Shown: positions 8,966-18,903 of the stretch, one piece after another
How the letters are laid out: every line of letters begins with the position of its first letter
Position numbering within the stretch: the stretch's first letter is position 1
Assembly (NCBI GenBank): GCA_963713825.1
Contig: CAVQNG010000003.1
Span: forward strand, 1,312,001-1,376,000
Direction: 5' to 3'
DNA length: 64,000 nucleotides
From: an uncultured Acidobacteriota bacterium
GTDB lineage: Bacteria; Acidobacteriota; Thermoanaerobaculia; Multivoradales; JAHEKO01
Program-made: the position numbers and the translations under genes
Notes under the pieces: generated by a model
Told to the model about the DNA's origin: nothing
Databases searched by the model: none
The model's input: only the letters and a program-made list of their open reading frames with translations

Positions 8966-10489
8966 CTACAGCTGGGCCTCGGGGCGAAGCGCCTCATCGG
9001 TGGCGCGACCCAGGCGCATGACGACTTCGGGAAAGGCTTCGATGTCCTCCAACGAAGTGCGAAAGTTGACCACGCAGATGCGCAGGGCGAATCGCTCCTG
9101 GATGATGGCGTTGGAAAGATAGATCTCGCCCGAGCGCTCGATGCGAGCCAGGATCTCCTGATTCAAATCGTTGAGATAGGAACGCACCGGCTCTGTCTCG
9201 GAACGGTCGAGGAGATCGTGCGGAACATAGCGAAAAGTCGTAATGCTCAAATTCTGCGACAGGGCCTCGATCTCAGGGTAGTCGGTCAGCAGGTCGTGCA
9301 AGGCTCTGGCCAGTTGGATGTCGTCTCGAATCATCTGCACATAGCCGGAGCGGCCCACCTGCTGCAGAGCGAGCCAGACCTTGAGGGCCCGAAAGCCGCG
9401 CGAGTTCTGCAGTCCGTATTCGAAGTAGTTCGTGGCCAGCTCGCCAAAGTGATAGTACGGCGCACCATGTGCGAAGGCACCTCGTAGCGTTTCGGGATCC
9501 CGCACCAGGGCGCAGCCTGCTTCCAAGGGAGCGTAGAGCCACTTGTGTGGATCCACCGCGACGGAATCGGCCTCCGGCATGCCCGCGAGCAGGTCAGCAG
9601 CCTCGGGAACCGCGGCGGCCAGAGCGCCGTAGGCACCATCGACGTGGAACCAGAGGTCTCTCTCACGGCAGATCTCTGCGAGCTCCGCGAGAGGGTCGAT
9701 TGCCCCAGTGCTGACGGTACTGGCCGTGCCGACCACCAGGAACGGTTGATCACCCTCCGCAACATCCTTGTCGAGTTGGCTTCTCAGATCCGCCAGGTCC
9801 AGGCGTGATTCGTCGTCGACTCGAATCGAACGTAGCGAGTCGGTCCCGAGTCCCGAGATATCCATCGCCTTGTTGATCCAGGTGTGGACCTCGGTCGAGG
9901 CGTAGACGCGCATCGGACCCCCCGGGTTGGCGTCGAGGCCGCGGCCTTGCAGGTCCCAGCTCGCCTTCGAGGTGCGGGCGGCAAGGAAGCAGACGATATT
10001 CGCCAGGTTGCCGCCGCTGACCAGCACCCCGCCAGAGCTCTCGGGATAGCCGATGAGCTCGGCGATCCAGCGCACCGTCTGGGCCTCGATCTCCGTGGCC
10101 ATCGGTGCGATGGGCCAGGCTCCGACATTGGGGTTGACCGCGGCGGCGAGCAGATCTCCCAGCATGCCGATGGGGGCAGGCGCGGAGGTGATGTAGCCGA
10201 GGAAACGGGGATGGCCGTTGAAGAGGGAGTGATCGAAGAGTAGCTTGGTGGTCTCCTCGAGTAGTGCTGTCGCGTCGGTACCGTGCTCCGGAAGTCGACG
10301 AGAGGCCTTCAGCGCGTCACGTATGGTTCCGGGGCTCTCCGCCGGGGTGACGGGTCGGTCTGGCAACGAGCCCAGTAGCTCGGCGATTCGGTCGACGACC
10401 TGATGGCCGACTCGACGGAACTCGTTGGGACTCATATCCAGTGGAGCGCAACGGTTCTTCAGTCGATCCAGTTGATCACTACTCGTCAT
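8966..10489 (-). CDS. PLP-dependent group II (aromatic-type) amino acid decarboxylase
   Basis: 'HPRFLGY', 'WFHVDGAYG', 'DPHKWL' (PLP lysine), 'RGFRALKVW'. Confidence 0.92.
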   Translation of the reverse strand: MTSSDQLDRLKNRCAPLDMSPNEFRRVGHQVVDRIAELLGSLPDRPVTPAESPGTIRDALKASRRLPEHGTDATALLEETTKLLFDHSLFNGHPRFLGYITSAPAPIGMLGDLLAAAVNPNVGAWPIAPMATEIEAQTVRWIAELIGYPESSGGVLVSGGNLANIVCFLAARTSKASWDLQGRGLDANPGGPMRVYASTEVHTWINKAMDISGLGTDSLRSIRVDDESRLDLADLRSQLDKDVAEGDQPFLVVGTASTVSTGAIDPLAELAEICRERDLWFHVDGAYGALAAAVPEAADLLAGMPEADSVAVDPHKWLYAPLEAGCALVRDPETLRGAFAHGAPYYHFGELATNYFEYGLQNSRGFRALKVWLALQQVGRSGYVQMIRDDIQLARALHDLLTDYPEIEALSQNLSITTFRYVPHDLLDRSETEPVRSYLNDLNQEILARIERSGEIYLSNAIIQERFALRICVVNFRTSLEDIEAFPEVVMRLGRATDEALRPEAQL

Positions 10490-10603
10490 GTCGGGAGTCT
10501 CCTTCTCCGGTGCCTATCGAGCGCGAATATATCCGATCCTCGAAGGAGCGAGGGCGATCGCCATACCTGTCGTTGGTCAGATCCTCCAGTAGAATCCAGC
10601 CTC

Positions 10604-12361
10604 ATGCGCCGCCTATCGCGATTCACTTTGCTGGCTTCGGTCCTACTTGCTTCGGCCTGTGGTCTTGGTGATTCCGCTGAAGAGGGAGTCGCATACTACG
10701 ACTTGGTGGGCAATCGGGGCTCGTGGGCTGCCGTAGGGACGAATCCCTCGCTCCAGCCTGTCGTCGACCCTGCAGAGGGGATTGTCTTTCTGCCGGCTGG
10801 GGCCAGCGTCGACTACCTCTTGTTCGCAGAGCCCAAGAGCACGTTGCGGGTGGAGGGAGTCACTCTGCGAGGTGCCAGCACCCGACTCGATGTGCGATTG
10901 GAGACCGACGGCGATGGAGACCGTGAGTTGGCGTCGTTCCGGCGATCAAAGGAAGGCGTAGCCGTTTCTCTTGAGCTGAAATCGCGGACAGCGGTTCGCC
11001 TCAGCCTGGCCTCAGTGGCGAGCGACGACGAACCAGGTAGTGGTGTGGTTCTCAGAAGCCCCGCGCTGTGGGCGTCTTCCGAGGTAAGGGTCTCCACACC
11101 GGCCCCGGTCGGAGAAGCAAGGCCGCGCCGCGCCAACGTTCTGATCTACCTGGTGGACACCCTGCGGTCCGATCGCCTGGGGATTCTCGGCTATCCACGG
11201 CCGATCACACCGAATATCGATCGTTTTGCCGAGAGCTCCAGCCTGTTTCTCAACGCCATTGGTCAGTCCTCGTGGACCAAGGCGTCCGTAGGATCGATCT
11301 TCACTGGGCTGTGGCCGCCGGCGCATGGCGCTATCGGCTGGAAACACAAGCTGTCGAGTGAGATCGAGACCCTGGCCGAGAGGCTCCAGGCGGATGGTTA
11401 TCGAACGGCCGCGTTCGTTACCAACCCCAATGTGGTCAGAACCTTCGGCTTCACGCAGGGCTTCGATGAATTCACTCGCAAGCTCAAGCGTCCCTCCGAT
11501 GAGGTCAACCAGATGGTCTTCGATTGGTTCGAAGGAAGAAAGGACGAGGATCCGTTCCTGCTCTATGTACACACGATGGATCCCCATGCACCGTATGCTC
11601 CACGCGAGCCCTTCAAATCGAAGTTTGCTCCGACGGCCGACGAGATCCCTCAGTGGCAGCCCCGTTGGCGTTGGCCGATGGAGGCACTGCCCTATCTGTC
11701 CGACCTCTATGATGCGGAGATCGCGTTCAACGATGCGAGCTTCGGCCAGCTGCTCGGCTTTCTCGAAGAGCGCGGGCTCTACGATGACACCTTGATCGTC
11801 TTCGTCTCCGATCATGGAGAGGAGTTCAAGGAGCACGGCCGATGGCGACATGGCGCCAACCTGCATGCGGAGACCCTGAACTTCCCGTTGATCGTCAAAT
11901 TCCCCGACCAACAGGATGGAACCACAGTCGAAACGGCTGTGCAGCACATCGATCTTCTGCCGACGATCCTCGCCAGTGTGGGTCTGGAGATCCCGGAGGC
12001 GTTGGAGGGCCGTGACCTGGCTCCCATCGCAATGGCCGGCTTGGCGCCTGGCGAGACGGTCTCGTCGGGGATCTACTCTCACTTGCGCCTGGGAAGTGGT
12101 CCGCTGAACCACAGCCTCGTGAAGGGACAGTGGAAGCTGATTCGCAAACTGCGAGACGAGGGCTGGGAGACATCGCTGTTCGATTGGCGGCAGGATCCTG
12201 CCGAAACCCGGGACCTGGTGAGTGAAAGGCCGCTTCTGGCAGCCGTGTTGTCAGCGATGATCGACGACAAGGTGGCGAGCCTCGAACAGAGCGCAGCCGA
12301 AGAGGTCGTTCTCAGCGAGGAGCTCGAAGAGGATCTCAGGGCGCTGGGCTATCTGGAGTAG
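10604..12361 (+). CDS. Sulfatase-like (alkaline phosphatase superfamily) lipoprotein, Thr-type
   Basis: Lipobox LASAC, 'VDTLRSD', 'WTKASVGSIFTG', 'DPHAPY', 'SDHGEEF', terminal 'LRALGYL'. Confidence 0.85.
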   Translation: MRRLSRFTLLASVLLASACGLGDSAEEGVAYYDLVGNRGSWAAVGTNPSLQPVVDPAEGIVFLPAGASVDYLLFAEPKSTLRVEGVTLRGASTRLDVRLETDGDGDRELASFRRSKEGVAVSLELKSRTAVRLSLASVASDDEPGSGVVLRSPALWASSEVRVSTPAPVGEARPRRANVLIYLVDTLRSDRLGILGYPRPITPNIDRFAESSSLFLNAIGQSSWTKASVGSIFTGLWPPAHGAIGWKHKLSSEIETLAERLQADGYRTAAFVTNPNVVRTFGFTQGFDEFTRKLKRPSDEVNQMVFDWFEGRKDEDPFLLYVHTMDPHAPYAPREPFKSKFAPTADEIPQWQPRWRWPMEALPYLSDLYDAEIAFNDASFGQLLGFLEERGLYDDTLIVFVSDHGEEFKEHGRWRHGANLHAETLNFPLIVKFPDQQDGTTVETAVQHIDLLPTILASVGLEIPEALEGRDLAPIAMAGLAPGETVSSGIYSHLRLGSGPLNHSLVKGQWKLIRKLRDEGWETSLFDWRQDPAETRDLVSERPLLAAVLSAMIDDKVASLEQSAAEEVVLSEELEEDLRALGYLE

Positions 12362-13287
12362 GCAGCTCGATCGTTGGCCAGGGCGGGGATTGCCGTCAAC
12401 ACCTGCCGAGCCGCCGGAACCGAGAGGCTGTTACCGACCAGGCGCCAGGCGACCGACGTCGGAAGATCCGGCGGCAGTAGGAAGTCGGCAGGAAATCCCA
12501 AGAGCCGAAGTATCTCCTGTGGTGAGAAGCGACGTAGCCCGGACGGTGTCTCGAGGTAGGAGCCGCTGCGGACCGGCGAACGCCCATAGGCCGAGGTGAA
12601 GCAGGTAGCGACCGCTGCGGAATCCTTGGCGTTCACGATGCTGATTGCGTGACCGTACCTGTCGATCAGTGCCTCATCGACCCAGAGATCGGCTGGGGGC
12701 TCGAGGTCGAGATACGCTTCGAGCGGTCGAGGCTCCCGCGGCATTTGCGACATGGGTCCCAACGGCTCGCGTCCCGCCACGAGGAAGAGGCGCCGCCTCC
12801 GATTGGGAACTCCGAGCTCCGTTGGGCATAGCACAACCTCCTGGACCGCATAGCCGAGATCATCCAGAGCCGAACGCAGCACGGAGTGAGTCTGAGAACC
12901 CCTGAACCCCGGGACGTTCTCGAGTGCCAGGTAGGAGGGTGGAGTTTGGCGGAGGCAGTCGATCAATCGGAGGAAGCTCCGCGTTCTGGGGTCCTCGGTG
13001 TCTCGCTGTAGCCCGCGGACGGTAAACGGCTGACAGGGTGGCGATAGCCACCACAAGTCGGCATCGCGCCGTTGAAGGTCGTCGGCTGATACGAACTCGA
13101 GATTGACCGCCACTGTCGTGTCCGGGAAGTTCGACCGATAGACTTCGAGGCCCGCATCGTTGATGTCCATGGCTGCAACGACTTCGGTACCGCGGGGCAG
13201 GGCAGCGCAGCAACCCCCGATTCCACAGTAGAGCTCCAAGACTCGAAATGGTGGCTTGGCCCCGGTATCCAGATCAGGACTATCCAT
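12349..13287 (-). CDS. C5-cytosine methyltransferase, Dnmt2/TRDMT1-like (probable tRNA methyltransferase)
   Basis: 'RVLELYCGIGG', 'SPPCQPF', 'LENV', 'PNRRRR', Dnmt2-type 'CFTSAY', 'RRFSPQEILRLLGFP', 'RLVGNSL'. Confidence 0.85.
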   Translation of the reverse strand: MDSPDLDTGAKPPFRVLELYCGIGGCCAALPRGTEVVAAMDINDAGLEVYRSNFPDTTVAVNLEFVSADDLQRRDADLWWLSPPCQPFTVRGLQRDTEDPRTRSFLRLIDCLRQTPPSYLALENVPGFRGSQTHSVLRSALDDLGYAVQEVVLCPTELGVPNRRRRLFLVAGREPLGPMSQMPREPRPLEAYLDLEPPADLWVDEALIDRYGHAISIVNAKDSAAVATCFTSAYGRSPVRSGSYLETPSGLRRFSPQEILRLLGFPADFLLPPDLPTSVAWRLVGNSLSVPAARQVLTAIPALANDRAAYSR

Positions 13288-13327
13288 CGCTCGACTCTGT
13301 GGCTTGGGAGATCGAGTGGGCACTCCG

Positions 13328-14290
13328 CTACTCCTGAATGCCTGCCACCCCTTGCACCCACGATGCTGTGGTCGGTTCACCTTGAAACAGGGAGCGGTCG
13401 ACATCGCGGGTGATCGCCCAGCGATGCAACCAGGTAAGGCCGCCAGGTCCGGTATAGGTGTCCTCAGAGGAGTACGCGGGGTCCTTGAGAGCCTCGTCCA
13501 GATCGATGAATCGATAGCCACGTTGTCGCAGCGACACCACGAGCTCACCGAGATGATGGGCGTTGAGAGCGTTGGCGTGCAGCAGCAAGACCTGTGGAAT
13601 CTCGCGATCGAACAGCTCCTTGCTTTGGCCCTCGTAGTACCTGACCAGCCGCATCATGTAGTCGATGTACTCCCGAGCCAGGCGGGTCTGGAGCTCTTGA
13701 TCCCGGCGGTCGAGTGCCTCGTCATAGGCGCGGGCGAAGATCCACTCTGAGTTGTCGATAGTGATCGGTGCCACCCGGTAGCCTCGTTGAGCGAGGAAGT
13801 CTTCGACAGCCAACTTCGTTTCGAGGTCTAGCCCTGTGTGGAGGAACGGATGACGAAAATATCGTAACGCGCTGCCTCGCGCTGCTAGGAGCTCACCCGA
13901 TATCTGCTCACCGCGAACCAGGTCCTGCTTGAACTCATCGAGGACTACCCGGTGCAGGTCTGGATGAGAGAAGGTGTGATTTCCCAACTCCAGGCCTGCG
14001 TCCAGCCAAAGCTCCAGCAATCGAACCCGTGCTGCATCCACCGTCTCGTCGACATGGAGCTTGTTCTCGTTGACAAAACCGATGGCCGGTATCCCCTGGT
14101 CGCTCATCAATCTCACGAGGTACTGGTTGATTGCGGAGATCCTCGCCTCTGGAAGGCCATGTGCGCGCTGTGCGGGGAGATCGTCGAAAGTAATGACCAT
14201 CTGCCGATCCACTACCGGCTCGCTGGCGATCACAATTGCTGAACCTGCACCCAGGACTATGAACAATAGAACTGCAGCCGTCGGTTTCAT
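13328..14290 (-). CDS. Polysaccharide deacetylase family protein, secreted
   Basis: 'ITFDDLP', 'GNHTFSH', 'YFRHPFL', 'LLLH'; signal peptide. Confidence 0.9.
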   Translation of the reverse strand: MKPTAAVLLFIVLGAGSAIVIASEPVVDRQMVITFDDLPAQRAHGLPEARISAINQYLVRLMSDQGIPAIGFVNENKLHVDETVDAARVRLLELWLDAGLELGNHTFSHPDLHRVVLDEFKQDLVRGEQISGELLAARGSALRYFRHPFLHTGLDLETKLAVEDFLAQRGYRVAPITIDNSEWIFARAYDEALDRRDQELQTRLAREYIDYMMRLVRYYEGQSKELFDREIPQVLLLHANALNAHHLGELVVSLRQRGYRFIDLDEALKDPAYSSEDTYTGPGGLTWLHRWAITRDVDRSLFQGEPTTASWVQGVAGIQE

Positions 14291-14310
14291 GGCTCGTGAG
14301 CCTAGCACTG

Positions 14311-14801
14311 TGAGGGGTTGAGGCAGCTGGGCCTTCCTTCCAGTGGATATTGAGGGCTTGGGGGATCATGAGCCCGTCACTCCTCCGGCCGACCTTCGAG
14401 GCTTGGGGGTCGAGGCGTCCGATCGAACCAGGGATCTCCCTCGTCTGCGGCCTCACCCGACCATGCCCCTCCGACGAGGGAGACCCATGGCCCGATCTGC
14501 CTCCTTCGAGAAATAGTAAGAATCAAATTTCTGTCTAGCCCCCTACGCCCCTTCTGCCTTCAATGGTGCCCGAGGTTCGTTCGGGTGGTTCGACAGGGGG
14601 CGCCGAGTCGAGCGCAGCGCAAGAGCCACGAGAGAGCACAAGAGATGGGGCGCGATGACGAGACGAGATGGAGGCCCCCCGTTGCAGTTTGAGTAGCCTC
14701 CATCGTCCCCTTGCGAACCACTCGGATGGGCCTCTACCCGAAGCGAATTGTCTTTTCAGGACTCAGGGCGCAAGAAGGGTGGGGGAGAGAGGCCAAGGGG
14801 G
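14311..14801. repeat. Composite repeat mosaic, copy 2 (module B 14421-14497, module C 14578-14728)
   Basis: Same modules, order and orientation as copy 1. Confidence 0.92.
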
Positions 14802-14829
14802 CTAGAATCCAGGAACGGAAAGGGGAATC

Positions 14830-15366
14830 ATGGATAGAACACGCAGACGTGAGCACAGATCGAGGCTCGACACGAGCAGAGCCTGGCACGCGCAGGCTGG
14901 TATTGCCGTACTGGTGATAGTCGCTCTCACAGTGACGGGTTGCACTTCGATGGGCTCTCTCGAGCCGCCGGCGGTAACGTTGGCGGGGGTCGAGCTCACC
15001 GAGGTGACCATGTTCGAAACTACGGTGCAGGTGAAGCTACGGATCTCCAACCCGAATCCCGAGCCCATGACCCTGGAGGGTGCCTCGTTCAAGCTCCGAT
15101 TGGAGGGCTACAAGATCGGGCAGGGCTTATCTTCGGAGGCCGTGACGATCGACCGCTTGGACACAGCGATACTGAACGTGAAGTTTCACGTCAACAATGC
15201 AGTTGCTCTCCTGCAGCTCAAGGAGATTCTCGAACAGGAAGCACTGGATTACGGGATACGAGCGGTCCTGTATACCCAGGGTTCATGGGGTACCAAGAAG
15301 TTGAAGGTCGATAAAGAGGGGCGTTTCGAGTTCACGAGTCCTGTTGAGCTCAATCTGGAAGAGTAG
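14830..15366 (+). CDS. LEA type 2 / WHy domain lipoprotein
   Basis: Lipobox VTGC, 'LRISNPNPEP'. Confidence 0.85.
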   Translation: MDRTRRREHRSRLDTSRAWHAQAGIAVLVIVALTVTGCTSMGSLEPPAVTLAGVELTEVTMFETTVQVKLRISNPNPEPMTLEGASFKLRLEGYKIGQGLSSEAVTIDRLDTAILNVKFHVNNAVALLQLKEILEQEALDYGIRAVLYTQGSWGTKKLKVDKEGRFEFTSPVELNLEE

Positions 15367-15417
15367 CTCACTGGCTGCGCCTGCAACTCAGGGCTCCGCT
15401 CGCGGCACTCCGTCATA

Positions 15418-15448
15418 AGAAAAGGGCTCCGGCAGAACCGGAGCCCTT
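15418..15448 (-). terminator. Intrinsic terminator, probably bidirectional
   Basis: 11-bp stem AAGGGCTCCGG / CCGGAGCCCTT with a 5-nt loop, U-rich tail on the minus strand, between convergent genes. Confidence 0.8.
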
Positions 15449-15475
15449 GTGGTTTTTGTGCTGTGCGTGCGGCAA

Positions 15476-17398
15476 TTACTGCACCGTTGCGCTCCATGCG
15501 GAGGTGTCGCCGCTCTCGAATCCGTCGGCGAACGGCAAACCTGTACAGAACTGCCCCCAATGGGTGGCCCAGCGCCCTCTCTCGACCGCGCCGCCGTCGC
15601 CTGTGTTTGTGGGGCTGCCCTGCGTCATGGCGTACTGATTGAACACCCAGAAGCAACCGCTCGCTGCCGGGTCGATTGCGATTCCAGACCAGTCGCCCCA
15701 GCGATTGGCATTGCCGTCGCCTAGCCGAGTTCGAACGTAGAAGGCCTCGCCTTCATGGAGTGTCCCGGAGCCCCGGGTGGTCCCCGCGGCATCGGAAACA
15801 CCGCGGAAGGTGAAGTAGGCACCTGGGTTGATGGTCGGGCTGGATGCCGCGAAGCCCACGGCGACCGAGGCGCCATCGAAGGTGATCGACGGGAAGAAAG
15901 TATGTGTACCTGCTGATATGTCCTCGCCATCGACCACGCCCTGATCCGCGGTGGTCAGATTTGCCATGTTGCTGGTGTCGATCTCGTTCCAGTAGGCGGT
16001 GGCCTCACCGTCGTTGCCTGGAAAAGCGGTACCGGTCGGGTTGATCGTCTGAGCGGTAAACAAGGAATTGTCGCGCCAAACTGCTGAGAGCGTGGAACGG
16101 TCGTTGGTTTCGACCCTGACCGTCGTGCCCTTCTGACGGGCGTTGGGCAGCTGTGGAGCGCTCGACAGGTCCTCGATGTCTCCGAGGTTCACGAAATCAT
16201 GTGTGAACGTGGCGGCGCCCAGGGGGTTGTCAACTCGAATCACTTGCAGCAGCTCGGCTTTGGTTCCGTCGCCGCCCGTGTCGAATGTCGTGCCCGAGTA
16301 TCCGACGAGATAAGTTCCGAATCCCGCAGCCGGGGTGCCGAAGACTGCCGCTGGCTGAAGTGCAGCCTGCAGATCCAGGGCCACGCCGGTAGTGCTGTAG
16401 GGCTCAAAGAGATTGACGTCGGCTGTGTCGCAGTCGTAGAAGCCACCGGTCGTACCCTTGTCGATCGTCCAGAGGCGAATCCCACCGAAGGGCAGGGCAG
16501 GGTCTTCGGAGGCGAACTCGAACAAGCTTGCGGTGAGGTAGACAGCTTCTTCGTCGACCACCAGGCCGGGGTAGTCGGCCCACGTGAATACGCCGCCACC
16601 GACATCGGTCTTGGCCTCGATCTCCGCACTGCACCAGGTCCCATTTGGATTCCCATCGTCAGAGACTGCGACAAAGAGGCTCGACTCGTCGGTGGGAGTC
16701 CCATCGAGAATCTGATCCGAGACGCTGAGAATGACCACCACGAAACGATCTTCATACGGGTCGTACGTCACCTTCGGGTCGTAGGTGAAGGCGAGGGGGG
16801 TGAGGCCGAGGTTGGTCAAGAAGCCGTCCAGATCGCCTTGAGAATCGAGAGTCCCATCCTTCTGCCGGATCTCGATGATCTCGTTGATGATGTCGACGAC
16901 ATGATTCTGGCCGACGGCGCCGATCGGATCCGGCGGAATCCGGCCCTCGCCATTGACGATCGGGTTGTCGTCGAAATCGGGACCCTCGAAGGAAGTGAAT
17001 AGGGTTGGAGCATTGGGCAGCGGGGCTCGCGACCCTTCGCTGCTTGACTCGACTGAAGCCTCCGAGCGCTCGGTCGGTGCCGTGCGTGGCTCGCTGCGCC
17101 CCGGGGAATCAATGACCTGAATGAAGCTCAGCAAGTCGGGCTGTGAGACTCGATACTGCGCCCCGGGTTCACGAACGTCGGCCTGTACCGGGACGCCCTC
17201 CACCGAGCCGATGAAAGCACGAGGAGCACCGGAGGCTCTGAGAGGAAGACGGGCTGGTCTCGTGGTATGTGAACTTTCGATACCTGGCTGCGGGAAATCG
17301 GTTTCGTGGCCCGAAAGGACGAGACCCAACCCGACAGCCAATGCGACAGAGAATAGTGCCAGGACCAATACAGTCTTGTGTGATTTGAGAAATTTCAT
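15476..17398 (-). CDS. Large secreted protein of unknown function with C-terminal FADGFESGD tail
   Basis: Signal peptide, RBS GGAG, 'PPDPIGAVG', 'DPKVTYD', 'WADYP', 'RWGDWS', ends 'FADGFESGDTSAWSATVQ'. Confidence 0.85.
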   Translation of the reverse strand: MKFLKSHKTVLVLALFSVALAVGLGLVLSGHETDFPQPGIESSHTTRPARLPLRASGAPRAFIGSVEGVPVQADVREPGAQYRVSQPDLLSFIQVIDSPGRSEPRTAPTERSEASVESSSEGSRAPLPNAPTLFTSFEGPDFDDNPIVNGEGRIPPDPIGAVGQNHVVDIINEIIEIRQKDGTLDSQGDLDGFLTNLGLTPLAFTYDPKVTYDPYEDRFVVVILSVSDQILDGTPTDESSLFVAVSDDGNPNGTWCSAEIEAKTDVGGGVFTWADYPGLVVDEEAVYLTASLFEFASEDPALPFGGIRLWTIDKGTTGGFYDCDTADVNLFEPYSTTGVALDLQAALQPAAVFGTPAAGFGTYLVGYSGTTFDTGGDGTKAELLQVIRVDNPLGAATFTHDFVNLGDIEDLSSAPQLPNARQKGTTVRVETNDRSTLSAVWRDNSLFTAQTINPTGTAFPGNDGEATAYWNEIDTSNMANLTTADQGVVDGEDISAGTHTFFPSITFDGASVAVGFAASSPTINPGAYFTFRGVSDAAGTTRGSGTLHEGEAFYVRTRLGDGNANRWGDWSGIAIDPAASGCFWVFNQYAMTQGSPTNTGDGGAVERGRWATHWGQFCTGLPFADGFESGDTSAWSATVQ

Positions 17399-17630
17399 CT
17401 TGATAGCTCCACGAGGCGGTCATCATCGTCGGGTCGACACGCCCGGAAAATGGGGGCAAATCCACCATTTTGAGACCCTCCTGCAGGTCCTTTCTGGGCG
17501 AATCCGCCTGACCCTTCTGAGACCTGCGATTCTCCAGGCTCGGGCCGCCGAAGTCAAATAGAGCGAGATACATATAGGCACAACCTGGGTTGATTCCAAG
17601 GGGTAGAACCCTTTAGGGTCGGGAACTGCC

Positions 17631-18887
17631 ATGGATGGAACCTCGGACATCGTCCTCGAACCGGAAATGCGGGTGCTTCTGCGAACCGCAAGGATCGAGC
17701 TCGGGGTGCAAGATGTCGGAGATTTGACGCAGCTCGTCCACAATGGGTTGGATTGGCGGCGCTTGCTGGAAAGGGCCGAGTGGAATGAGACTGCAGCCCT
17801 TGTGGTGCGTCACCTGGAGGCTGCTGGCCAGATCGAGGTGGTTCCGGAGGCAGTCCTCTCGAGGCTACGGACCATCAAGCTGGAGCAGCGGGTGCGGTTC
17901 TTCTTCTTCCTTCAGCCCGAGTTGCTGCGGGTGCTCGAAGGGATGGAGTCGGCGGGGTTGGAGATCATCCCTCTGAAGGGCGCCTACCTGATGAACAAGA
18001 TCTACCCGGACGTGAGCCTCCGGCCAGTGGGTGACCTGGATCTCCTGGCGCGAGAAGAGGATCTGCCCCGTGCGATGCAGACTCTCTCCCAGCTGGGGTA
18101 TCGATCCAAGGCGGGCGAGGAGCCGCTGCCCAGTGGCGCGATCGACGACCACCATCACTGTCCCAGAGTGCTGAGCCCCGATGGGTCCGTCGAGCTCGAG
18201 CTGCATCGTCATGTCGTCCGACGACGGACTCCTCTCTATTTTCCTGTCGAGCGATTCTGGGAGCGCAGCGCAGTTGGTGAAATCAAGGGGCGAACGGTGA
18301 GAGTGCTGGCCGGCGAGGATCTGGTGACCCACCTCTGCTGCGCCTTCTTTCTCGACCGTCGAAGGAGAGCTCGAGGGTACGGTGCCTTGCGGCAGTTGAT
18401 GGATCTGTCGGAGTCGGTCCGTCATTGCGAGCCCGACATCGATTGGGAGAGGTTGATCCAGGAGAACGCAGGCGGGGCTCTGCAGGCTCCTCTCTACGTT
18501 GCACTGCGAGCGGCACGAGAGTTGCTGGAGGCGCCGGTGCCAGCTGAGTTTCTGGACAACTTCAGGCCGAGGAAGTTCGACGACGACGTATTCGGCCACT
18601 TCCTGCGTTACAAAGTTCTCAACCCTGGAATGTGGTTTTTCCACGAGCTCGTGGACCCGCACGACAATCATTGGTGGAACATGAGCAAAGCCGCCATTCA
18701 CAGGCTATTACCGCCGACTTCCTATCTACAGAACAAGTATGGCCCGGGGGACGACAGGGCGGAAGGGCAATTGCTCCGGAGGCACTTGCGGGATACTTTC
18801 CGCACGGCTCTGGCGACTTGTCGAAGGCCGGGCTCGATGATTCGGGAGCTGCGAGCCGACTTCTGGATGAATCAGATCCAGCTCTGA
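17631..18887 (+). CDS. Nucleotidyltransferase family protein (NTP_transf_5-like)
   Basis: 'PLKGAYL', 'YPDVSLRPVGDLDLL' (DxD), 'ELELHRH', 'RQLMDL'. Confidence 0.85.
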   Translation: MDGTSDIVLEPEMRVLLRTARIELGVQDVGDLTQLVHNGLDWRRLLERAEWNETAALVVRHLEAAGQIEVVPEAVLSRLRTIKLEQRVRFFFFLQPELLRVLEGMESAGLEIIPLKGAYLMNKIYPDVSLRPVGDLDLLAREEDLPRAMQTLSQLGYRSKAGEEPLPSGAIDDHHHCPRVLSPDGSVELELHRHVVRRRTPLYFPVERFWERSAVGEIKGRTVRVLAGEDLVTHLCCAFFLDRRRRARGYGALRQLMDLSESVRHCEPDIDWERLIQENAGGALQAPLYVALRAARELLEAPVPAEFLDNFRPRKFDDDVFGHFLRYKVLNPGMWFFHELVDPHDNHWWNMSKAAIHRLLPPTSYLQNKYGPGDDRAEGQLLRRHLRDTFRTALATCRRPGSMIRELRADFWMNQIQL

Positions 18888-18903
18888 TTCTTCAGGTCGG
18901 GTG

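Noticed and set aside
12349-13548. Restriction-modification system, and the 399-aa version of the MTase
   Set aside because: No endonuclease neighbour and the motifs are Dnmt2-like. The extension overlaps the deacetylase gene.
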